Positions 45,402 through 55,808 of a stretch of 64,000 bases of DNA are shown here, one piece after another. Position numbers and translations under genes: made by a program. The notes below the pieces were generated by a model. That model saw nothing but the letters and a program-made list of their open reading frames with translations, searched no databases and was not told where the DNA came from. The stretch is taken from the NCBI GenBank assembly GCA_040772485.1, contig JAXGYC010000010.1, forward strand, positions 1-64,000. The letters run 5' to 3'. Positions within the stretch are counted from its first letter, which is position 1. Every line of letters begins with the position of its first letter. The stretch comes from Sedimentisphaerales bacterium. Lineage in GTDB: Bacteria; Planctomycetota; Phycisphaerae; Sedimentisphaerales; Anaerobacaceae.

Positions 45402-47279
45402 CTATGGATCACTCCTGCGCGGCAGCGTCCTGAGCTTCCGCCCTACTGCCAGGGCCTCGTCGTGACGGCCGGTGTGTTGATAGGCCTGCTCCAGGCACAG
45501 CAGCACCTGCTCGTTGTCTTCGTGCCCTTCTCTGGCCCTCTCCAGATACGGGATCGCCTCGGCGAACTTGCTCTGATTGACCAGCAGATGGCCCAGCCAG
45601 CGCAGCGCGAAGAAGGTCTCCTGAATCTCCAGCGAGCGCACCAGCAGCGCAGGGACCTCATCCGTCCTCTTGAGGCGCAGCAGGCTCTTCGCCGCATCGT
45701 TAAGGAAGATCGTGCTCCAGGGAACCGTGTGGCAGAGGGCGCGACACTCGTGATAGGCTTCCAGGTAGCGGCCTTCCCTCTCGTGCCGTTGCGCCAAATC
45801 GTCGTGAGCAAGGATGATGCTGTAAGCGTCGTCGGTCAGAACACGCAGGGCCAGGGTATCCACCTCGCCCTGCGGCTGAAACGATTCAAGGCTCCGATTC
45901 GGTCCAGCCTGAGGCTGAAAAGGCCAGCCTCCCTTGAGATACCGAATGCTGAGTTCCGCGCAGGCCATGTCGAGGTCCGTCATGCCCCAGTTCTGTCGGT
46001 GGTGCTCGATCGGCTTGACGGCAGCGTCGTCCCACGGCAGATCGATCACCTTCGCGTCTCGGATCGTATCGAAGAAGGCCTCGGCCATGAGGAAGCAGCC
46101 GTCCACGTTCGGATGGAGATGATCCACCATGAGATGGTCCCCGATGATGCCCTCGGGCGAAGCGGCCTCGAAACGCGATTTCATCGGAACGACCGCCCCG
46201 CCGTAACGCCGCGCCGCATCATGGATGATCTCGTTGAATTCCTCCGAGGCCCGAAATCGCAACGCATCCAGGTCCTTGGCTCTGGTGTAGAGGCGCTTGG
46301 CCTGTTCGTGGTCCCCCTCCCGGTCCAGCGCCTGCGCATCGCGGAACACCAGGTCGGCGGCAGGGGCCGAACCCGTCGCCACGGAAACGAAGGGTCGCTG
46401 GTTTCGCACGTTGCTGACCAGCTCGCTGATCACAATGGGGACCCCGGCGGCGCGAGCCTTCTGATAGACGTGATCGAGGTTCTCCGCGAATTGCCGTGTC
46501 CCCTGCCGGTAGAGTTTGCCGTCGAGAGCAATGGCCTTCGCGCCCACCATTCGCTCCATGAGGGTGGCGCTCGGATCGTGATCGACGCCCTGTTTCCGCA
46601 CGCCTCTCACCAGGCCAACAGCATCTTGCGCCAGCACAAACAGCTTCAGTCGGCGCAGCTTCAGGTAGGCTCTGGCCACCGCGGGGCTTTGGCCCAGAGA
46701 CTCGCGTGACGCCACGCCCAGCGCGCCATAGAATTCGTTGTGTCCCGAGTAGATCAGAATCGCGTCCGGCTTGTGCCCGAGGATCTCGTCCAGGAAATCG
46801 AGCTGCGTGTAGGTGTTCGTGGCGGACATGGCGGTGTTGACGATCTCGATCTTCCGGTCGGGAAACGCCTCCTGTAGCCGGACGTTCAGGATGCGTGAGA
46901 ACATCAGGTTATTGCCATACGGGAAACCGGCAGCCGTCGAGCCACCCAGAACGAACATGCGAACCCCGTTCGAGGGCTTGTCCTTGAGGAACGCATCCCA
47001 GGACGGCTTGGGCACCTTCGCCAGGTAGGGAAAGTACGGCCGTCCAATCTCGCGGTTGCAGATCAGGAAACGCCCCCCTTCGACCGGGGCGGCGACGAAG
47101 AGCCGAGGATCGCCGCCGTAACGGAACAGACGCAGGCACCCCTCCACCAATAGGAGCAATGCACCGGACAGGACCAAGGCGATGAAGGCAAATGCGATCC
47201 TCTTCTTCCGGCTCAGCACAACGCGAGGAGTCGACCGCTTGCCCTTGCTTCTCTTCGCCTTCCTGGACTGCATAGCCAT
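45402..47279 (-). CDS. Membrane-anchored SGNH/GDSL hydrolase with TPR repeats
   Basis: LGGSTAAG, YSGHNE, DHLHP; C-terminal TPRs. Confidence 0.85.
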   Translation of the reverse strand: MAMQSRKAKRSKGKRSTPRVVLSRKKRIAFAFIALVLSGALLLLVEGCLRLFRYGGDPRLFVAAPVEGGRFLICNREIGRPYFPYLAKVPKPSWDAFLKDKPSNGVRMFVLGGSTAAGFPYGNNLMFSRILNVRLQEAFPDRKIEIVNTAMSATNTYTQLDFLDEILGHKPDAILIYSGHNEFYGALGVASRESLGQSPAVARAYLKLRRLKLFVLAQDAVGLVRGVRKQGVDHDPSATLMERMVGAKAIALDGKLYRQGTRQFAENLDHVYQKARAAGVPIVISELVSNVRNQRPFVSVATGSAPAADLVFRDAQALDREGDHEQAKRLYTRAKDLDALRFRASEEFNEIIHDAARRYGGAVVPMKSRFEAASPEGIIGDHLMVDHLHPNVDGCFLMAEAFFDTIRDAKVIDLPWDDAAVKPIEHHRQNWGMTDLDMACAELSIRYLKGGWPFQPQAGPNRSLESFQPQGEVDTLALRVLTDDAYSIILAHDDLAQRHEREGRYLEAYHECRALCHTVPWSTIFLNDAAKSLLRLKRTDEVPALLVRSLEIQETFFALRWLGHLLVNQSKFAEAIPYLERAREGHEDNEQVLLCLEQAYQHTGRHDEALAVGRKLRTLPRRSDP

Positions 47280-47458
47280 CCGTTCCCCTTGACAGCCATT
47301 CATGTCCTCCGGATACGGCCGCACCTGAACGCGATTCCTCCTTCGCCTTCATGCGGGCCTTCCGTGCATCACGCCTTTTATGATACCACGGCAGGCGCAC
47401 CGGCCTCAACCGTCCGCTCACCTCTGAGCGCATCCGGGGCTGCCGGCCGGTTTACATA

Positions 47459-47487
47459 TTGACAGACAATGCTGGTCCACATAGGCT
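47459..47487 (+). promoter_or_regulatory. sigma70-type promoter
   Basis: TTGACA-17-TAGGCT. Confidence 0.55.
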
Positions 47488-47648
47488 TGTGCCATGCAGA
47501 CAAACGCGCGGACAATGACTTTCGGGTGTGCCCATCCTGCCCGCCGGCAACAGGCCGGCCGAGAACGCGCGTTCTTTCCATAGGGCGACCGGCGTCGCGT
47601 GTTCGCAGTTCCCCGGCCCGGCGGGCAAATGCGGCAAGGAGGTGCGTC

Positions 47649-48917
47649 ATGGTAGTGCGGCAAAGGCATTTCTGCGTTGGGCTTCTGTGTGTGGCATCGT
47701 TGATGGCTTGTCCAGGCGCGTGGGGTGCACAGCCTCCGGCCGTTCCCGACCCCAGCATCATGCTGCCCCTGGTTCCCACCGCGGCGCAGGCGGGCGCCCC
47801 GCCCTGTATCCAGCCGGGCACGAGATTGACGTACTTCGGGATGACCGCCAGTATCCCGGGCGAATACGGCAAGCTCGTGCAGGACGACGAGGGCAATTGG
47901 ATCGACAAGAACACCGGCACGCGCTACCGCCAGGAGAAGATCGGTGCCAGTGGCAGTGCAGCCTTCAACGTCGTGTCCGTCGGCCACGTCGGTGGCGGCG
48001 TTGTGGAGTTGTCCACGAAGCTCTACTCGCTCGACACCGCCACGAGGAAGTGCGGGTTTGCCGTCGGGGGAGGAATGGTCGGCCACGCCGGCTGCGCCGC
48101 CGATTACTGGATTCATCCCGATGTGCTCGCCCAGGTGGCCGAGGTCAATGCGCAAGGCGTCCGCATCCTGCGGATGCCCTACACACTGGAAGGAAGAACG
48201 TATCGGGCGATCCGCTTTCAGACCGACGACATTTCCGGCTACCAGGCGCATGTGTACGACCTGGACACCGGGCTGATGATCTTTCACGCCTCGCGGAGAC
48301 AGGGACAGTCGGTACTCACGGCGCCGATCGGGGGCGAGGGCATGGCCGGGATGGGAGAAGGAAGCGCTCAACTGGTCACTCTATGGCTCGTGGAGCGCAA
48401 GGACATTGACGTGCCGTGGAAGAACGCGCCGCCGCCGCAGTGGATCGAGCGGTTCGGGCAACTGTCGTATCGGGGTGTGCAGACGTCGGTGGTCTCGGTC
48501 GCCGGGTCGAAGCTGGATCGGGCGATGACCGCAACGCTCACGCCGAAGGCCTGCGGGCCCGGCTGGGTGCGATTCACCAACCGATATCTCTTCGAGTCGC
48601 TGCCGGGCATGCCGCCCCCCGAGGCGACGCAGGACGGCGCCTCGGGGGCCGCGACCATCGGCGGCCTGTGGATCTCGCCGCAGGCCCTGGGCAATCTGCG
48701 GCCGGGCCAAACGATCGAGACCAACGAAAAGGTGGGTACGACCGTCAGCGTCAGCGACGTGCGGCCGGGCGCCGTGACAGTCAGCGAGGTCGGACCGCTG
48801 CATCGCACCGACTGCACCTACGACACGAGAACCGGCGTCTTGTCCGCGATGACGCTCGTCCAACAGATCGGACTGGCAAGCATCACGCACAGAATCCAGT
48901 TGGTCAGCCCGCCGTAG
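47649..48917 (+). CDS. Secreted hypothetical protein (two similar beta-rich halves)
   Basis: AAGGAGG RBS; signal peptide; YDLDTGLM and YDTRTGVL repeated motif. Confidence 0.7.
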   Translation: MVVRQRHFCVGLLCVASLMACPGAWGAQPPAVPDPSIMLPLVPTAAQAGAPPCIQPGTRLTYFGMTASIPGEYGKLVQDDEGNWIDKNTGTRYRQEKIGASGSAAFNVVSVGHVGGGVVELSTKLYSLDTATRKCGFAVGGGMVGHAGCAADYWIHPDVLAQVAEVNAQGVRILRMPYTLEGRTYRAIRFQTDDISGYQAHVYDLDTGLMIFHASRRQGQSVLTAPIGGEGMAGMGEGSAQLVTLWLVERKDIDVPWKNAPPPQWIERFGQLSYRGVQTSVVSVAGSKLDRAMTATLTPKACGPGWVRFTNRYLFESLPGMPPPEATQDGASGAATIGGLWISPQALGNLRPGQTIETNEKVGTTVSVSDVRPGAVTVSEVGPLHRTDCTYDTRTGVLSAMTLVQQIGLASITHRIQLVSPP

Positions 48918-48995
48918 CCAGGACAGGAGTCGTAAGGCCGGCGGCCAGGACACCTGCGTTGTGCATCCAGGCGGCACGAACCACAAACGCCGTCC

Positions 48996-50167
48996 TCAAC
49001 GCGCCCGGCAGGACTTGAACCTGCAACCTTCGGATTCGAAGTTCGATCTGGCCGTTTGTAAGTCTTTGCCACAAAACGACTAATGATTGACACATAACGA
49101 CTTATGGATGCTGGCCGTGGCGCGCCCGAAGCCCAAAAGTAGCCCAAACGAAGGCACTTGTGGCGCATTTTGTGGCGCGCCCCCGGCTTGGGTCGGTCCA
49201 TCGTGCGTTCTGGATACGAAATCCGAATGTCGCAGCGAAATGCCGGATCAACTCTATCCGCCCGAACGGCGTCGCGCACTGTCGCGCGTCCCGGCGCTCG
49301 ACCCCTGGCGACTCTTAGACAGCCTTCTATGGTTCAGATAAGCATGCTCCCATCCGGAAAGCGGATCGCCTTTAGTGCGGTCCAACATCGAGAAGGATGT
49401 AGAGCAATGCCAACATGATATCCGCCACAGCTACAGCACGCAGCAGGTGGTCCATGTACCTTCCTGCTTCAAACGGTTTCGTGTGGCCCTCTGTACCGCC
49501 ATGCGACGGGGCGAGTTGCTGAATGCGACTTGGCAGGATATCGACTTCCTGAACATGACCATTGACGTGGCCCCCAAGAAAGAGACTCAGCACACGTGGG
49601 AATGGCACATCAAGGACACGGACCGCCGAACTCTGCCGCTAACGCCGGAAGTGGTCAAGCTGCTGGCCGAACATCAGGACAAGCAGCCTACAGGTTGTCC
49701 CTATGTGTTCGTTCCGGCGGATCGGTACGACTACATCCAGGCACAGCGCGAGGCGGGCAAGTGGAGGCTTGAGCACGGGCTTTGCCCGGTCAACAACTTC
49801 ACACGTCGTTTTCAGAGCGTGCTGGCGTTGGCAGGGATCGAGAGCCGGGAGTTCCACGATCTTCGGCGGACGTGTTTGAGTCAGTGGCTCGCCGATGGGC
49901 TTAGAGAGTTCGACGTCATGAACTTGGCGGGCCATGCCTGCTTCGAGACCACCCGCACGTTCTACCTATCGGTTCGGCGGGACTTGATCGACCGCGCGAG
50001 AGTCGTTTCCGAGAGATCGGAAGAGCGTCGTTTTGTTGCGCGCTTGTTGCGCGCCCCCTCTGAATGTCACTCAATGGAAAAGGCTCCCATAGATAAGTCT
50101 CTGGAAGCCTTTGACTTACATCAACGCGCCCGGCAGGACTTGAACCTGCAACCTTCGGATTCGAAGT
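48996..50167. mobile_element. Minimal integrative-element remnant in tRNA-Arg(TCG)
   Basis: Perfect 47-bp direct repeats 48996-49042 and 50121-50167 (tRNA 3' half) flanking an integrase fragment. Confidence 0.9.
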
Positions 50168-50187
50168 CCGCGACTCTATCCAATTGA
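49375..50187 (+). pseudogene. Tyrosine integrase, catalytic domain only (N-terminus missing)
   Basis: TAMRRGELL, FHDLRRT, LAGH, TTRTFY; no arm- or core-binding domain; frame runs antisense into the tRNA. Confidence 0.8.
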
Positions 50188-50198
50188 GCTACGGGCGC
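50125..50198 (-). tRNA. tRNA-Arg(TCG), CCA not encoded
   Basis: GCGCCCG TAGCTCAATTGGATAGAGT C GCGGA CTTCGAA TCCGA AGGTT GCAGG TTCAAGT CCTGC CGGGCGC G. Confidence 0.96.
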
Positions 50199-50216
50199 AG
50201 CAACCGAAGTGGAGGT

Positions 50217-50245
50217 ACTATAGGGCCCAGCCGGAGCGTCGTCAA
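50217..50245 (-). promoter_or_regulatory. tRNA promoter
   Basis: TTGACG-17-TATAGT. Confidence 0.75.
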
Positions 50246-50399
50246 CCTTTTTCGCAACCCCGGCTCGTCTCCCATGCCGCGCCACGCAGAATCCATACGG
50301 CAGGCGGTCGGCTGCGATTTCGACGGGCGTTGACGACATCCGCTTGGCGGCATACCATCTGGCCAGCAGTCCATGGAATAGTCGCAGGAGAACTGCACG

Positions 50400-51437
50400 A
50401 TGAGACCGAATACGCGCCTGTTGACATCCGCCTTTCTGTTGCTGGCGGCCGCCCGCCCGTGCCTCGCAATCCGGAACCGGCCGGCCCCTGCTCTCGACGG
50501 TCCGCTTGGTGACATTGCGGCGAAGTTCCGTGAATATGAGGTGATCGTCGAGCCGGACAGGAACGAAGCCGAATGGTGGGCGGGCGCGCCGTCGGTCGTG
50601 CGGGACAGGAGCGGCACATTCTGGCTGGCCTGCCGGATGCGCACTGCCGAAGCGCCGCGCGGCCTGCGGGGCTACGAGATTCGAATCCTGCGCAGCGCCG
50701 ATGGCATCCATTTTGAGAAGGTGCACAGCATCCGCAGAGAGGACGTCCCGATCCCCGGTTTCGAGCGCCCTGCCCTGCTGATCGATCCGAAGACCGGACT
50801 CTTCAAGCTCTACGCGTGCGGCCCGTGGCAGGATGGCCCCTGGTCGATCATCAAGTTCGCGGACGCCGTCGATCCGACCGCCTTCGATCCGCGTTCGGCG
50901 AAAGCCGTCATCGCCCCCCTGCCCAAATCCGACGACCGCGACGTCATCCCAAACGAATACAAGGACCCCGTCATCATCTGTGCACAAGGGGTCTACCACT
51001 GCTATGTCATCGGGGTCATGCGTCGGACCGAACGCATCTATCATTTTCGCAGCAGCGACGGGGAGGACTGGGAGCCGGTGGGCAGTCACTATCAGTCGAT
51101 CATGGACCTGACCGGCTGGCACGACTTCTACGTCCGCCCGGCGAGCGTGGTCCCGGTGGGTCTGGGATACCTGTTCATCTATGAGGGTTCGGCCTGCGAC
51201 TGGCACGACCCGGTCTACAACATCGCCACAGGGATCGGCTTCACCTTCGACCTCCATCACGTCACGGACCTCACGCCGGAGAACCCTCTGCTGGCCAGCA
51301 CGACACCGAGCGCGCGCTTCGCGACCTGGCGCTATTCGCATTGGATGTGGGTCGATGACGAACTCTGGGTCTATGCGGAAGTCGCCCGGCCGAATGAGTC
51401 CCACGAAATCCGCCTCTTTCGCCTGCCGAAGAACTGA
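50400..51437 (+). CDS. Secreted five-bladed beta-propeller glycosidase-like protein
   Basis: GAPSVV, SADGIHF, YKDPVI, SSDGEDW, PENPLL. Confidence 0.7.
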   Translation: MRPNTRLLTSAFLLLAAARPCLAIRNRPAPALDGPLGDIAAKFREYEVIVEPDRNEAEWWAGAPSVVRDRSGTFWLACRMRTAEAPRGLRGYEIRILRSADGIHFEKVHSIRREDVPIPGFERPALLIDPKTGLFKLYACGPWQDGPWSIIKFADAVDPTAFDPRSAKAVIAPLPKSDDRDVIPNEYKDPVIICAQGVYHCYVIGVMRRTERIYHFRSSDGEDWEPVGSHYQSIMDLTGWHDFYVRPASVVPVGLGYLFIYEGSACDWHDPVYNIATGIGFTFDLHHVTDLTPENPLLASTTPSARFATWRYSHWMWVDDELWVYAEVARPNESHEIRLFRLPKN

Positions 51438-51520
51438 CAGTTCTCCGTCCGCCCGCGATCTGCTATATTCGGCCACGCGGAAACTCGACAAGAGCGTCAA
51501 CCTCCTGACAGAGAGCCAAC

Positions 51521-52867
51521 ATGACCGAGCAAGGCGAGAGAAGCAGCAGGCATCGAATTCGGTTCTGGCATGTCGCCGTGCTCGTCCTTGGGGCATTGGT
51601 CGTCGCCTTCGCGGTGTTTCGCATCGTGGTCCGGACAAAGGTGAACCGCCGTCTCGATGCCGTTCGCGCCGCCGGGTATCCGGTCACATGCGAGGAGCTG
51701 GATGCCAGCTATACGATCCCTGCGTATGCCGAGAACGCGGCCAACTGCATCACCACGGCTCTGAGCCATCTGATATCCCCTTCGACCGAAGACGCCAATG
51801 GAGTCCCCCTGTTCAGCAACGCGCCCCTGCCGCGCAGAAGGCAGGCGCTCGACAACCCGACGAAGCACGTAACGGCTTCGATGCTCGCCGGGAACCAGAA
51901 GACGCTCGAACTGCTGCGTCAAGGACTGGCGATCCCGGATTGTCGTTACCCCGTCGACTTCACGCAGGGTAGCAATGCAGAGTTGATCGATCTCGCCGCG
52001 ATGCGACGCACCACGCGTCTGCTGGTCATGGGGGCCGTTCTGCACGCCGAGCAGAACGATCCTGACGCAGCGGTCCAAATGCTTCTGACCAGCTATGGCC
52101 TGGCCCGCACCCTGGTCAAGTTGCCCACGATCATCTCCCAAGTTGTCGCCCAAGCTGATCTGGCATTGACCGCCGAGGGGCTGGAGCAGGTGGTCAACCG
52201 GACGACGCTGACTGACGCCCATCTCGTGCAGATCGATGCCGCTCTGTACGAAAGCGATGATCCCGGTTCGATGGTGCGGGCGCTGGCCGCAGAGCGGTGC
52301 TTCGGTCTGCATATGGCCGATGAGCCGTCGAACTACGGCCCAGGCAACCTCTCCGTGGCGGTGGCCGGGATTCTCCGCGAACTGGGCGTTGTCGACTTGA
52401 GTCTGATCCGCCACCTGGATCGGATGGCCGAAGCGATCGAAATCGCTCAGATGGAGCCGTGGAAACGGCAGAAGACCATCGAGACAGCCGAGGCCCGGTA
52501 CAACACGTCGGGCATCTCTTCGCTTCTGGACTGGCTGACGCCTCCCAGCGCGCGACTAATCGTCATAAACCTGCAGGGAATGGCTCAGATGCAGGTAGCG
52601 CGCACGGCAGTGGCCGTGGAGCGTCACCGGCTCGCGACCGGGCAACTGCCTCAGGGCATCGCCGATCTCGTGCCAGGCTATCTCGAGACGACGCCAGTCG
52701 ACCCCTTCGACGGCCAACCGCTACGATTCAGGAAGCGTGACGGGGGGTATGTCGTCTACAGCATCGGACCCGACGGGGCCGACGACGGCGGCACCGAGCG
52801 ACAGCCCAAGCGATCCGGCCAGAAGAAAGAACTCCCTTACGACATCACGTTCATCATCGAGCGATGA
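51521..52867 (+). CDS. Membrane-anchored hypothetical protein with a GspG-like C-terminal motif
   Basis: N-terminal TM; PVDPFDGQPLRF...VYSIGPDGADDGG. Confidence 0.7.
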   Translation: MTEQGERSSRHRIRFWHVAVLVLGALVVAFAVFRIVVRTKVNRRLDAVRAAGYPVTCEELDASYTIPAYAENAANCITTALSHLISPSTEDANGVPLFSNAPLPRRRQALDNPTKHVTASMLAGNQKTLELLRQGLAIPDCRYPVDFTQGSNAELIDLAAMRRTTRLLVMGAVLHAEQNDPDAAVQMLLTSYGLARTLVKLPTIISQVVAQADLALTAEGLEQVVNRTTLTDAHLVQIDAALYESDDPGSMVRALAAERCFGLHMADEPSNYGPGNLSVAVAGILRELGVVDLSLIRHLDRMAEAIEIAQMEPWKRQKTIETAEARYNTSGISSLLDWLTPPSARLIVINLQGMAQMQVARTAVAVERHRLATGQLPQGIADLVPGYLETTPVDPFDGQPLRFRKRDGGYVVYSIGPDGADDGGTERQPKRSGQKKELPYDITFIIER

Positions 52868-53199
52868 GTCCGCGCGGGCGGACGACAATTCTGTAGACAT
52901 GGGCTTGGCCTGATACAATCTTGTCGGTTCCGCCTGTAGGGTGTGCGGCACAAGGTCCCCGTATCCGCCTGCAACGGCCTCCGTCATCGCAGAACGGCTG
53001 CGATTCCCTCGCGTGGCACCGGAATTGCCCCACAAGTCATTTGCCTGCGCCGCACGCGGACGCTATAAGTACTCGCTCGTGCGCGGCGGGAGCGGTCGCG
53101 GGCCCAGGATGAACCCGCCGCCATCGCCGCCGGTAGACAGATGGCGGCACGCACCGCATCGGAAAGACCGACCGATCACAGGGGAACCGAGGTCGCAGC

Positions 53200-55464
53200 A
53201 TGGACAGTGAACAACTGCTGTATGAGGTCAACGAGCTGAACCATCTCTTCCGAGAGAGCGCCAGCGTCGAGACGCTGCTGAACAAGGCGGTCGAGATGGT
53301 GGCGGACCGGACGCATTCGGCCGTTTGCTCCATCTATCTATATGACCCGGCCGAACGCATGCTGACGCTGCGCGCGACTCGCGGCCTGAACCCCGAGTCC
53401 GTGGGAAAGGTCCGTCTGAGGCTGGGCCAGGGACTGACGGGCCTGTCGCTCCAGGAGATGAAGACCGTCTGCGAGAAGGACGCCAGCCGCAACCCCAACT
53501 ACAAGTTTTTCCCGGGCCTCTTCGAGGAGCGGTTCGACGCGTTCCTGGCGCTGCCCATCGCGCGCGGCATCTCCAAGATGGGCGTGCTGGTTCTCCAGCG
53601 CAGCACCGGCGAGTCCTTCACCGACGCGGACGTCAAGGCCCTGGAGACGGTGGCGTCGCAACTGGCCCACATCATTGAGAACGCCCAGTTCCTCATGGGG
53701 ATGCACGAGCCGCGACCGGAACGTTCCGAGATCGGCACGACCGCTCCGGCCCAACTGAAATTCGTCAGAGGCAGGGTCGCCTCCGAGGGATTCGCCTACG
53801 CGCCGGCGATGGTGATCGACAAGCAGAAGAGCCTGTCGTTCCTGCTGCACCGCGAATTCGAGGGCCGCTACAGTGTCGAGCAGTTCCACGAGGCGGTCAC
53901 CCGCACGACCGATCAGCTCGAAGAGCTTCAGGAGCGTGTCGAGAACAAGCTGTCGGACGCGGCGTCTCTGATCTTCGCCGCTCACCTGATGATCCTTAAA
54001 GACAAGGCCTTCCTCGACAAGATCGTCCGTCGCATCGAGGCCGGCGTCAACCCGCCTGTCGCCGTAGCCGAGGTCAGCGGCGAATTCATCCAGACGTTCC
54101 TCGCCAGCGACAACGCGTACATGCGGGAGAAGGTCAACGACATCGAGGACCTGGCCATTCGCCTGGTAAACAACCTGATCAGCGCCGGCGAGGACACCCA
54201 GGTCTATCGGGGTCACGTCGTCGTCACGCGCGATCTGTTCCCCTCCGACCTGCTGAAGCTATCGAGCGAGGAGGCCAGCGCCGTGGTTCTCGTCGGCGGC
54301 GGAGTCACCTCGCACATCGCGATCCTGGCCCGCTCGCTGGCCATGCCGATGGTCATCGCGGACAGCTTCGACCTGCTCGGCCTGCCGGACGGGACTCCGA
54401 TCCTCGTCGACGCGCAGATCGGCAACGTGTTCGTCGATCCCGACGACAACGTCCTCGAGAAATTCCACTCGCAGCAGAAGGTCCGGCTGAGCCTGGACGA
54501 GCAGAAAAAGCTCATCCAGCCGCAGACCCGCACCTCCGACGGCGTGCTGGTGCAACTGCTGGCCAATATCAATCTGCTGACCGACGCCGTCCTCGCGGCC
54601 GAGCTGCAATGCAACGGCGTGGGCCTGTACCGCACTGAGTTTCCGTTCATCGTGCGGACGACGTTTCCATCCGAGGCCGAGCAGTTCGTCATCTACAGCA
54701 GGCTCGTCCAGTCCATGCCGGGCAAGCCCGTGACGTTCCGCACGCTCGATGCCGGCGGCGACAAGATTCTCTCCTACTACCACGACGTCCAGGAGCAGAA
54801 CCCGGCCATGGGCATGCGCTCGATCCGGTTCTCCCTCCAGAACCGCCCGATCTTCCGCGAACAGGTGCGGGCCATTCTCCGGGCCGGAGCGGACGCCGAC
54901 CTGCGGATCATGTTCCCGATGATCTCCTCGATCGACGAGTTCTACCAGGCCCGCGAGGTCGTGCTGGAGTCGATCGATGGGCTCTCGCGGCAAGGCATCG
55001 CCCACAACGGCAAACCCAAGCTCGGAATGATGGTCGAGCTGCCCTCGGTGGTCGAGCTGATCGAAGACTTCGCCGCAGAGGCGGAGTTCTTCTCCATCGG
55101 CACCAATGACTTCATCCAGTTCATGCTGGGGGTGGACCGCACCAACGACAGCGTGGCCGACTTCTATCTACCGCACCATCCGTCCGTGCTGCGGGCCCTG
55201 AGCCGGATCGTTCGCGCCGCCAACGGCCGCAAGCGGGAGGTATCCGTCTGTGGCGACATGGCCCACGAGCCGCAGTATGTTCCGTTCCTGCTGGGCATCG
55301 GCGTCCGCACGCTCAGTGTGGATCCCGCCTATCTGTTGCGGACCCAGCAGACGATCGCAGGCATGTCCATTCGGCAGGCGGAAGCTATGGCGCAGGCGAT
55401 GCTGGCGCAGAGCCGAACCCGCGAAATCGAAGCGATCCTCAACGCGCCATCCGAAGCCGTCTGA
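53200..55464 (+). CDS. ptsP: GAF-domain PEP-protein phosphotransferase (enzyme I-Ntr type)
   Basis: N-terminal GAF; TSHIAILARS; GLYRTEF; RTLDAGGDK; SIGTND; VCGDMA. Confidence 0.93.
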   Translation: MDSEQLLYEVNELNHLFRESASVETLLNKAVEMVADRTHSAVCSIYLYDPAERMLTLRATRGLNPESVGKVRLRLGQGLTGLSLQEMKTVCEKDASRNPNYKFFPGLFEERFDAFLALPIARGISKMGVLVLQRSTGESFTDADVKALETVASQLAHIIENAQFLMGMHEPRPERSEIGTTAPAQLKFVRGRVASEGFAYAPAMVIDKQKSLSFLLHREFEGRYSVEQFHEAVTRTTDQLEELQERVENKLSDAASLIFAAHLMILKDKAFLDKIVRRIEAGVNPPVAVAEVSGEFIQTFLASDNAYMREKVNDIEDLAIRLVNNLISAGEDTQVYRGHVVVTRDLFPSDLLKLSSEEASAVVLVGGGVTSHIAILARSLAMPMVIADSFDLLGLPDGTPILVDAQIGNVFVDPDDNVLEKFHSQQKVRLSLDEQKKLIQPQTRTSDGVLVQLLANINLLTDAVLAAELQCNGVGLYRTEFPFIVRTTFPSEAEQFVIYSRLVQSMPGKPVTFRTLDAGGDKILSYYHDVQEQNPAMGMRSIRFSLQNRPIFREQVRAILRAGADADLRIMFPMISSIDEFYQAREVVLESIDGLSRQGIAHNGKPKLGMMVELPSVVELIEDFAAEAEFFSIGTNDFIQFMLGVDRTNDSVADFYLPHHPSVLRALSRIVRAANGRKREVSVCGDMAHEPQYVPFLLGIGVRTLSVDPAYLLRTQQTIAGMSIRQAEAMAQAMLAQSRTREIEAILNAPSEAV

Positions 55465-55507
55465 GCCCGGCGACGCCGGAACCCGGCAGTGGAATCTTTA
55501 GGGACGG

Positions 55508-55639
55508 TCAACCGCGCTTGGCTTGGATCCTGGCGCGGCGCCGAGTGGACAGTATCTTGCGGCCGTGGTGGGTCCGCGACCGGGCGCGGAACCCACTGAC
55601 GCGTTTCTTCTTGATGTGACTCTTACGATGGTTTTCCAT
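55508..55639 (-). CDS. rpmH: 50S ribosomal protein bL34 (divergent)
   Basis: Manual translation MENHRKSHIKKKRVSGFRARSRTHHGRKILSTRRRARIQAKRG with GFRAR..T..GRKIL..RR; AGGA RBS. Confidence 0.88.
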   Translation of the reverse strand: MENHRKSHIKKKRVSGFRARSRTHHGRKILSTRRRARIQAKRG

Positions 55640-55750
55640 TGTCCTGTTCCAACCCAAGACCCACTGAACCTTACAGCCGAAACGCAGAAGTTTCGTGCCC
55701 TCGACTGTGATGCCTCGCGGATCTACGGCGTCGGAATCACAGTGCGACAG

Positions 55751-55778
55751 AGTATACCACAGGTTGCCCAGACTGCAA
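55751..55778 (-). promoter_or_regulatory. rpmH promoter
   Basis: TTGCAG-16-TATACT with extended TG. Confidence 0.6.
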
Positions 55779-55808
55779 GAGCCTTGCCGGCCGGATCGCC
55801 CATTTTGT

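Noticed and set aside
48996..49042. Second tRNA-Arg(TCG) gene
   Set aside because: Only the 3' half is present; att repeat
55520..55750. 6S RNA or other ncRNA in the ptsP-mtfA gap
   Set aside because: Better explained by the rpmH ORF and its leader
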